64,000 bases of DNA from a virus. Taxonomy: Duplodnaviria; Caudoviricetes. The DNA is taken from the IMG/VR virus record IMGVR_UViG_2923519811_000002, positions 43,026 through 107,025 of that record, one strand, 5' to 3'. The notes beneath the pieces are model-generated. The model saw only the letters and a list, made by a program, of their open reading frames with translations. It searched no databases and was not told the DNA's origin. Shown piece by piece: positions 57,177 through 64,000 of this stretch; position 1 is the first letter of the stretch, and each line of letters opens with the position of its first letter. The position numbers were made by a program, and so were the translations under genes.

Positions 57177-57413
57177 ATGAACAAACGACAGATTCACGCC
57201 CGGCTCATCGAGCAGGGCCTCAGCTTCCGCCAGTTCGCGCTCAGCAAGGGCTATGAGCCGCGCACGGTGACGCAGACCGTTGAGCGCTGGGCAGAGTCGG
57301 CAGACCTGCCGAACGGGCGCATTGCCTTCTCCATCATGCGGGACCTCTCCCAGCTACTTGGGACGGAGCTGATTCCGGGCTTGCTGGCGCATCCCTTTGC
57401 GAAGGTGAGCTGA
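57177..57413 (+). CDS. Cro/Ner-like HTH protein
   Basis: IHARLIEQGLSFRQFALSKGY; divergent from cI. Confidence 0.85.
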   Translation: MNKRQIHARLIEQGLSFRQFALSKGYEPRTVTQTVERWAESADLPNGRIAFSIMRDLSQLLGTELIPGLLAHPFAKVS

Positions 57414-57448
57414 CCGTAGCGGTCGGCCTGGCTGGGGGAAACGAGAAC

Positions 57449-57922
57449 ATGAAGCACGCGATTCTTGATAGCCGCCGCAAGGCGGTGATGAGTGCGGTGG
57501 CGGCCTTCCCGGGGGGCCGCGAGTGCGCGGCGGCGCACCTGGGGCTGGAGCTGAAGCGGCTGGACAACCAGGTGTACGAGAACCCGGGGCACCGGCCGCT
57601 CTCGGACGAGCAGGTGCGGCAGATCGAGCTGATTGCCGGGACGCGCTTTCTGCCGGACTACCTCTGCCGGCTGTACGGCGGTGTGTTCGTGTCGATGCCG
57701 GAGGCGGAGGAGCTGGACAACATCGACCTCTACGCCCGTGCCCTGGCCACGGATGTGGCGGAGGGCAAGGTAGACCAGATCATCGCCAAGGCCCTGGACG
57801 ACGGGCGCATTACCGAGTCGGAGCTTGCGCAGATCATCGCGGCGCACCGTGCGCACATTGCGGCGCGGCATGCGGAGGTAGGGGCGGTGATCACGCTGCA
57901 CCTGCAGGCGGGTGAGCCATGA
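57449..57922 (+). CDS. YmfL/CII-like regulatory protein
   Basis: FPGGRECAAAHLG, GGVFV, ALDDGRITESE. Confidence 0.8.
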   Translation: MKHAILDSRRKAVMSAVAAFPGGRECAAAHLGLELKRLDNQVYENPGHRPLSDEQVRQIELIAGTRFLPDYLCRLYGGVFVSMPEAEELDNIDLYARALATDVAEGKVDQIIAKALDDGRITESELAQIIAAHRAHIAARHAEVGAVITLHLQAGEP

Positions 57923-57999
57923 GCGGGCCCTGCGCACGTTGCCGGCCACGCCTGGTGGCGGCCGATCCAGCCTTCACATCCATTTGCGGGAGAACACCC

Positions 58000-58191
58000 A
58001 TGGCACACCTCAGTGATGACGTCAGAGCACAGTTGATCCGCCTGCTGGACCGCGCGCAGGAGCGTCTGGACACCTTGAGGGAGGTGGTGGCGGAGGTCGA
58101 TGGGGGCGATGCCGGCAGCGAGATCCGCCTTGCGCTGGGTGATGCGCTGGTGCCGCTGAACATTGCGCTGGAAGTGGCGGAGCCCCTGTAA
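58000..58191 (+). CDS. Hypothetical protein
   Basis: GGGAG RBS, 63 aa. Confidence 0.65.
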   Translation: MAHLSDDVRAQLIRLLDRAQERLDTLREVVAEVDGGDAGSEIRLALGDALVPLNIALEVAEPL

Positions 58192-58193
58192 CG

Positions 58194-58472
58194 ATGAGCA
58201 CCTACAAGCTGGTTTGCCCGCACTGCAAGGGCCGCATGCGCATCCGCACCAGTGAGGGGACCCATGTGTTTCTGCGGGTGGCCTACCTGCAATGCACCAA
58301 CGAGGCCTGCGGCTGGTCGGCCCGGGCCGAATTCGAGATGACCCACGAGATGAGCCCCTCGGGCATGCCCAACCCGTCCGTGCGGTTGCCGGTGGCTCCG
58401 GTGGCGCTGCGGCGGGAGGCGATGCGCCAGGCGGGCGACAAGCAACTGGACCTGCTGGAGGTACCCCGATGA
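58194..58472 (+). CDS. Ogr/Delta-like zinc-finger late activator
   Basis: CPHC...YLQCTNEACG...SPSG. Confidence 0.92.
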   Translation: MSTYKLVCPHCKGRMRIRTSEGTHVFLRVAYLQCTNEACGWSARAEFEMTHEMSPSGMPNPSVRLPVAPVALRREAMRQAGDKQLDLLEVPR

Positions 58473-58819
58473 GCGCCCTGCCCCACGATGTGGACACTCA
58501 GGACTACCAGGAGCAGATGCTGCGTGCGGCGCTGGCCTATCTGCGGCGCCATGCCGATGAGCACCTGGGCGACGAGCAGCTGCTGCAGCGGGCGACGCTG
58601 CACCTGACCCTGGCGCTGGAGGTGCCGCTGTTTCTGGCCCAGCGCCTGGTGGAGCGGGCCTTTGCCCGGCTGCGGGAGGCGAACCGGGTGGAGGTGGACC
58701 TGTCGGCGGCGCCGGACCGGGATGCGATCTGCCTGATCGATTGCCGCAACGGCCAGAAGATCTTCGTGCAGCGGCGCATTCTGCCCTCTGCCTTTCTCGC
58801 GCGCTTCACCACTCCCTGA
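58469..58819 (+). CDS. Hypothetical phage protein
   Basis: ATGA overlap, GGAGG RBS. Confidence 0.7.
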   Translation: MSALPHDVDTQDYQEQMLRAALAYLRRHADEHLGDEQLLQRATLHLTLALEVPLFLAQRLVERAFARLREANRVEVDLSAAPDRDAICLIDCRNGQKIFVQRRILPSAFLARFTTP

Positions 58820-58885
58820 TCACTGACACGCCCAGCCCGCGCTGCGGGTTTGGGGTTGTTGCATCCGCAATTCGAGGGTCATGCC

Positions 58886-59131
58886 ATGTACAAGCCGGTT
58901 GCGATCCACCTGGACCTGCCCCGGACCTGGGCCGAGGCGCTGCTGAAGAGCCTGCGGGCGGAGTTGAACCGGGCCATCAACGAGCACTGGTACGACGACC
59001 GCTACCGCTCGGTGCCGGCGGCGCTGCGGGCGCGCCGCATCCTCGATGATTACCCGGCGCTGGCCGGCAACAAGCGCACCATCGGTGCGCTGATTGCTGC
59101 GCTGCGCGCCTCTGCCAAGGCCACACGATGA
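58886..59131 (+). CDS. Hypothetical phage protein
   Basis: Coupled to the primase-helicase start. Confidence 0.7.
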   Translation: MYKPVAIHLDLPRTWAEALLKSLRAELNRAINEHWYDDRYRSVPAALRARRILDDYPALAGNKRTIGALIAALRASAKATR

Positions 59132-61866
59132 AGTCGATGCCGAGAGAGATCCGCCTGGAGGTGCTGCGCCGCCTGGAGCACACCTACGGGCTGGTTCGCG
59201 CGAGCAATACGCAGTACCTGCGCAAGGGCACCTGCCCGGCCTGCGGGAGAAAGGAGCTGTACAGCCGCCATGACGAGCCGTGGTTCATCAAGTGCGGCCG
59301 GGAGAGCAAGTGCGGTGAGCAGTGGCATGTGAAGGAGCTGTTCGAGGACTTGTTCGATGACTACAGCAAGCAGCACCCGGCGACGGAGCTGGCGCCGCAC
59401 GCTTCGGCCGATGCCTATCTGCAGTTCGCCCGTGGCTTTGACCTGGGGCTGATCAAGGGCTGGTACACCCAGGAGAACTACTACAACCGGGACCTGGGCA
59501 TCGGCAGTGCGACGGTGCGCTTCGCGCTCGAGCACGGCGGCTACTGGGAGCGGCTGATCGACCGGCCGCACCGCTTCGGCAAGATGAAGGCGCGCTTTGC
59601 GCCAGGGCAGTCGCCCCGGGGCCATTGGTGGGTGCCGCCGTGTGTGGACCTGCTGGAGGCGGGCGAGCTGTGGGTGGTGGAGGGCATCTTCGATTGCATC
59701 GCTCTGCTCCACCACGGGATTGCGGCGGTGTCGGCGATGAGCAGCGCGCACTTCCCCTTCGAGTCGCTCAAGGCGCTGGCCAAGGCCCGTGCGGAGGCCG
59801 GCAAGCGGCTGCCGAGGCTGGTGTGGGCGCTGGACAACGAGCCCGGTGCGCACCGCTATACGCGCAAGCACGCGGCGATGGCCCGGGAGCTGGGCTTCCC
59901 TTGTGAGGCGGCGCAGATCCCGCAGCGCGAGCGCAAGGCGGACTGGAACGATCTGCACCAGCGCTGGCAGTTCATCGATGACCCGGCCCGACGTGCGGAG
60001 GCCATGGACCGGGACCTGAAGGCGGCCCGCTACCACGGGGCGCTGCTGCTGGCGGAGAACGCCAGCGAGAAGGCGCTGCTGATGTACAACTGGCGCGAGC
60101 AGGGGGAGTTCCACTTCGGCCATGAGAACCGCCTGTACTGGTTCAAGCTGGACATCGAGAAGTTCAACAGTGCGATGCGCGGGCTGGAGGATACGGAGGA
60201 CCAGGACGAGCAGGTGCTGAACCACAAGCAGAAGCGCGAGAAGGCGCTGCGCCAGGCGGGCTGTGTGGTGGAGATCGCCAACTGCTACCCGCAGGCTTTG
60301 TACTTCCAGCGCAACGAGATCACGGACGAGAGCTGGTACTACTTCCGGGTGGACTTCCCGCACGACGAGCCGTCGGTGCGCAACACCTTCACGGGGGGCC
60401 AGGTGGCGGCGGCCAGTGAGTTCAAGAAGCGCTTGCTGGGCATGGCGGCGGGGGCGGTGTTCACGGGGACCGGGGCGCACCTGGACAAGATCATGAAGGA
60501 GCAGCTGTACGGGCTGAAGACGGTGCGCACCATCGATTTCATCGGCTATGCGAAGGACCACGGCTGCTATGTGTTCGGGGACCTGGCGGTGCGCGGTGGG
60601 GTGGTGGAGCAGGCGAACGCGGAGGACTACTTCGAGTTCAAGGGGCTGCGCCTGAAGTCGCTGCAGAAGTCCATCAAGCTGGAGATCGCGCGCACCGATG
60701 AGGGCTACCGCCGGGAGTGGCTGGACTGGCTGTGGCTGTGCTTCAACACCCAGGGGCTGATCGCGCTGGCGTTCTGGTTCGGTTCGCTGTTTGCGGAGCA
60801 GATCCGCGCGGAGTTCCAGTCCTTCCCGTTCCTGGAGGTGACGGGCGAGGCCGGGGCGGGCAAGTCGACGTTGCTGATGTTCCTCTGGAAGCTGCTGGGC
60901 CGGCCGGATGAGGAAGGCAAGGATCCGTCGAAGATGTCCAAGGCGGGCTTGCGCCGCTGGCTCAGCCAGGTGTCGGGGATGCCACTGGTGATGCTGGAGG
61001 CCGACCGCAGCGACAGTGCGGGCAATGCGGCCAAGGCTTTCGACTGGGACGAGTTCAAGCCGATGTTCAACGGCGGCAGCCTGGGGGTGACGGGGGTGAA
61101 GACCGCCGGCAACGAGACCCATGAGCCGCCCTTCCGTGGGGCGCTGGTGATCAGCCAGAACGCGACGGTGCAGGCCTCTGAGGCGATTCTGACGCGGATC
61201 GTGCGCTTGCACTTCGTGCGGCCGGAGGTGACCAGCGCGAGCCGGGCGGCGGCGGACAACCTCAACCACCTGCAGGCGATGGAGGTGAGCCACTTTCTGC
61301 TGATGGCGGTGCGGGCGGAGCAGAAGGTGCTGCAGGTGTTCCGCGAGCGGGTGAAGGCGCACGAGCAGGCGCTGCGGGGCCTGAAGGAGATCCGCATCGA
61401 GCGGATCATCAAGAACCACGCGCAACTGATGGCGCTGACCGATGCGATGCGGGAGGTGGTGCCGCTGAGTGACCGCCAGCACGAGGCGGTGCTGCGCGAG
61501 CTGACGGCGATGGCGGTGGGCCGCCAGTACGCGGTGAACGCGGACCCGCAGGAGGTGGCGGAGTTCTGGGAGGTGTACGAGTACCTGGAGTCGCTCTACG
61601 ACGAGCCGCTGGTGAACCACAGCAAGAAGCCCGGGGTGATCGCCATCAACCTCAACGAGTTCTGCGAGCGGGCCGCGGAGCACAAGCAGAAGCTGGCCGA
61701 TGCGGCGACGCTGCGCGCGCTGCTGGTCAACAGCCGGTCCCGCCCGCTGATCGACAAGAACAAGGCCGTGGACAGTGCGGTGCGCGCGGCCTTCAACAGC
61801 CGCAACAACGCCTGCAACCAGCGCTGCACGACGGTGAAGTGCTGGACGTTCAAGGACCAGGCCTGA
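59128..61866 (+). CDS. Zn-finger/TOPRIM primase plus P-loop helicase replication protein
   Basis: CPACG...CGR..C, VEGIFD, ALDNE, DWNDL, GEAGAGKS. Confidence 0.93.
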   Translation: MKSMPREIRLEVLRRLEHTYGLVRASNTQYLRKGTCPACGRKELYSRHDEPWFIKCGRESKCGEQWHVKELFEDLFDDYSKQHPATELAPHASADAYLQFARGFDLGLIKGWYTQENYYNRDLGIGSATVRFALEHGGYWERLIDRPHRFGKMKARFAPGQSPRGHWWVPPCVDLLEAGELWVVEGIFDCIALLHHGIAAVSAMSSAHFPFESLKALAKARAEAGKRLPRLVWALDNEPGAHRYTRKHAAMARELGFPCEAAQIPQRERKADWNDLHQRWQFIDDPARRAEAMDRDLKAARYHGALLLAENASEKALLMYNWREQGEFHFGHENRLYWFKLDIEKFNSAMRGLEDTEDQDEQVLNHKQKREKALRQAGCVVEIANCYPQALYFQRNEITDESWYYFRVDFPHDEPSVRNTFTGGQVAAASEFKKRLLGMAAGAVFTGTGAHLDKIMKEQLYGLKTVRTIDFIGYAKDHGCYVFGDLAVRGGVVEQANAEDYFEFKGLRLKSLQKSIKLEIARTDEGYRREWLDWLWLCFNTQGLIALAFWFGSLFAEQIRAEFQSFPFLEVTGEAGAGKSTLLMFLWKLLGRPDEEGKDPSKMSKAGLRRWLSQVSGMPLVMLEADRSDSAGNAAKAFDWDEFKPMFNGGSLGVTGVKTAGNETHEPPFRGALVISQNATVQASEAILTRIVRLHFVRPEVTSASRAAADNLNHLQAMEVSHFLLMAVRAEQKVLQVFRERVKAHEQALRGLKEIRIERIIKNHAQLMALTDAMREVVPLSDRQHEAVLRELTAMAVGRQYAVNADPQEVAEFWEVYEYLESLYDEPLVNHSKKPGVIAINLNEFCERAAEHKQKLADAATLRALLVNSRSRPLIDKNKAVDSAVRAAFNSRNNACNQRCTTVKCWTFKDQA

Positions 61867-61918
61867 TCCCCCGCCAGGGCGCGGCAACGCTCTGGCATCA
61901 ACCCCAAGGAGAAGCACC

Positions 61919-62062
61919 ATGCAAACCCACGATAACCAACAGGAACGCCAGCACAGCCGTGCGGAGTGGATCTACACCCTGGGCAGCAGCGCGGTTGCGC
62001 TGTTCGCCATGGGTTTCATCGCCTACCAGGCGCCGGGCGTGCTGCTGGCGCTGATGCCCTGA
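61919..62062 (+). CDS. 47-aa single-TM peptide (not in the ORF track)
   Basis: AAGGAG RBS; MQTHDNQQERQHSRAEWIYTLGSSAVALFAMGFIAYQAPGVLLALMP. Confidence 0.7.
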   Translation: MQTHDNQQERQHSRAEWIYTLGSSAVALFAMGFIAYQAPGVLLALMP

Positions 62063-62112
62063 CCGGACCGCCCGGGCGCGGCAACGCCTGGGCGCGCTTG
62101 AGGAGACCCGCG

Positions 62113-62325
62113 ATGCAGCAGCTCTATGCAGAGATCAAACCCACCAGCAAGTACGCCTACCAGGCCGAGTGGTGCCGCAGCCAGGGCTACGGCTATCCGT
62201 TCAAGGTGCGGATCGCTCCGGACAAGGACGGCTACACGGTGAAGGGCGGCTACGGCGGCCGGTACCGGATGGAGGATGTCGATCTGTTCGTGTTCGACGG
62301 GGAGACGAAAGTCCGCCTCGGCTGA
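62113..62325 (+). CDS. 70-aa hypothetical protein
   Basis: GAGGAG RBS. Confidence 0.75.
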   Translation: MQQLYAEIKPTSKYAYQAEWCRSQGYGYPFKVRIAPDKDGYTVKGGYGGRYRMEDVDLFVFDGETKVRLG

Positions 62326-62395
62326 CCGCCAGAAACAAGAAGGCCCCGGCGAGCGGCAACTCACCAGGGCCTGACCAACCCCAAGGAGAAGCACC

Positions 62396-62695
62396 ATGCA
62401 AGCACAAGCCCCCGAAGTCAGTGGCGCACAGGCTACCACTGCTGACGACCGCCAGACCATGGCCACTGCGGTGTGTACCGAGCCCATCACCATCAACGTG
62501 CGCCAGAGCACCGGGACCTACATCGCCAGGGCGCGCGGCTACAAGCCCACCGCGAGCTGCACCTCCGGCGCGGCCCAGGCGGCCGAGGCGCTGGCCAGGA
62601 AGCTGGGCCTGGCTCCCGATCTGCTCCAGGAGCAGCCACGCGAGGGCCTCGACTACGGTTGCTCGCGCTTCACCCACTGCGGCTGCAAGGCTTAA
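62396..62695 (+). CDS. 99-aa hypothetical protein
   Basis: AAGGAG RBS; ASCTSG...AAEALARK. Confidence 0.75.
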   Translation: MQAQAPEVSGAQATTADDRQTMATAVCTEPITINVRQSTGTYIARARGYKPTASCTSGAAQAAEALARKLGLAPDLLQEQPREGLDYGCSRFTHCGCKA

Positions 62696-62830
62696 TGCCC
62701 CCAGGCCCGGCGCCCTTCGGCGCTGGGCCATCCAACAAGAATCGACGATGCGCAATTCTCGGCCCCTCGCGGGGCCGAGCCTTCACGGTGCCCCTAGACT
62801 GGCGCCGTTTTCTTATGTGTGGGGACACAG

Positions 62831-64000
62831 ATGGCTGATGGTGTCGAGGTGCGCGGCAGGACCGTGCGCGTGTATTTCCGCTATGACGGCGAGCTGTGCC
62901 GGGAGCCCTTTCCCGGGGAGGCCACTCCGGAGAACATCGCCCAGGCCGAGCGCCTGGTGGGGATGATCAATTACGAAATCAAGGCGGGCACCTTCAGCTA
63001 TGCCCGGCACTTCCCGGACTCCCCGAAGGTCAAGACCAACACCCTCGGCCACTACATCGATCTGTGGCTGGACATCAAGCGCAACAAGATGGCCCCCAGC
63101 GGCTTTCGCGGCTATTGCAGCCGGGTGGAGACCCACATCCGCCCGCGCTGGGGCGAATGCCAGGCGGACACCATCGACCACCTGGACGTGCAGGACTGGG
63201 TGCAGAACACGCTGATGCCCAAGCTGCACAACAAGACGGTGCGCGAGGTGGTGAGCAACCTGCGGCAGATCTTCCGCCTGTACCGCACGCGCAACCGATC
63301 TGCGCATGATCCAACCGATGGCATCGAGATCACCCTGCCGGACGCCGAGGACCCGGATCCGTTCACCCGGGAGGAGATCGAGAGCATCCTCGGCACGCCT
63401 ACCCATCGCCAGGCGGAGCTGAATCTCATCGAGTTCATGCTGTGGAGCGGCCCACGTGTGAGCGAGGCGCTTGCGCTGGCCTGGGAGGACGTCGACCTCG
63501 AGGCCGGTACGGTGACCTTCCGCCGCGCCAGGGTGCGCAGCCAGCACAAGGTGACCAAGACGCGCCGCTCAACCCGGAAGGTGCAGCTGCTCGCCCCTGC
63601 CCTGCGCGCGCTGCAGCGCCAGGCGCCGCTGACCCGGAACCTGAAGCCGGTGCCGATCGAGGTGATCGACCGCGACAACCGCACCAGGAAGGCGCAGAAG
63701 GTGCGCTTCGTCTTCCACAACACAGCCAGCGGCGAAGCCTTCTCGACCTCAGACACGCTGCGCAACGGATGGTGGAATGGGCACCTGAAGAAGGCCGGCG
63801 TCCGCCAACGCGGCCCGAACCAGTGCCGCCACACCTTCGCCAGCCAGATGCTGTCCAGCGGAATAGCCACACCGGAGTGGATCGCCGACCAGATGGGCCA
63901 CACGTCCACGGCGATGATCTTCAAGCACTACGCCAAGTGGATCAGCACGGACGGGCCAGACGTCGTCGGCCTGCTGAACCAGGCGCTCAAACTGATCTGA
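62831..64000 (+). CDS. int: Tyrosine integrase with an N-terminal arm-binding domain (phiCTX-like)
   Basis: SGPRVSE, KT, RHTFAS, QMGH, HY; stop codon at the window end. Confidence 0.96.
   Translation: MADGVEVRGRTVRVYFRYDGELCREPFPGEATPENIAQAERLVGMINYEIKAGTFSYARHFPDSPKVKTNTLGHYIDLWLDIKRNKMAPSGFRGYCSRVETHIRPRWGECQADTIDHLDVQDWVQNTLMPKLHNKTVREVVSNLRQIFRLYRTRNRSAHDPTDGIEITLPDAEDPDPFTREEIESILGTPTHRQAELNLIEFMLWSGPRVSEALALAWEDVDLEAGTVTFRRARVRSQHKVTKTRRSTRKVQLLAPALRALQRQAPLTRNLKPVPIEVIDRDNRTRKAQKVRFVFHNTASGEAFSTSDTLRNGWWNGHLKKAGVRQRGPNQCRHTFASQMLSSGIATPEWIADQMGHTSTAMIFKHYAKWISTDGPDVVGLLNQALKLI

Larger units (their letters stand above)
61873..62401 (+). repeat. Three CGGCAA-loop hairpins and a 26-nt duplicated RBS/start leader
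   Basis: Hairpins at 61873-61896, 62070-62093 and 62341-62372; CAACCCCAAGGAGAAGCACCATGCAA at 61899-61924 and 62376-62401. Confidence 0.9.
22915..64000. mobile_element. phiCTX/P2-like (Peduoviridae-type) prophage, apparently intact; second att expected just right of the window
   Basis: att, cos, Q-P-O-N-M-L-X-lysis-R-S-V-W-J-I-H-G-FI-FII-E-T-U-D order, cI/cro switch, ogr, primase-helicase, int. Confidence 0.96.

Overview
GC-rich Pseudomonas-type chromosomal window in four blocks. (1) 1-14.6 kb is the early/integration arm of a lambdoid prophage inserted at the 3' end of tRNA-Cys: exonuclease, ssb, rdgC, a YejK-FtsK-gamma fusion, two DNA methyltransferases, DUF550, DUF4406, xis and int. (2) 14.6-18 kb is host core: tRNA-Cys, tRNA-Gly, pgsA, uvrC, gacA. 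(3) 18.5-22.9 kb is a decayed island with a C4-type antisense module, a gpD pseudogene, an ApeA-like HEPN gene, a membrane protein and an integrase relic. (4) 22.9-64 kb is an apparently complete phiCTX/P2-like prophage bounded by a copy of the tRNA-Ser 3' end, with cos, head, lysis, tail, repressor switch, primase-helicase and integrase. Most of its variable slots carry cargo. The strongest candidates for something new are a proteasome-beta-like (Thr1/Asp17/Lys/GSG) protein lying between two copies of the gpD 3' end, a two-gene moron (repeat protein plus Cas2/VapD-like protein) under a promoter with a DnaA box and an NrdR-like box, a cI-linked WYL/BRCT plus RexAB-like pair, a phage RsmN/RsmF-like regulator, two C4 antisense modules with different specificities, and small genes each preceded by a CGGCAA-loop hairpin. 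All family assignments come from recognising motifs by eye; no database searches were run.
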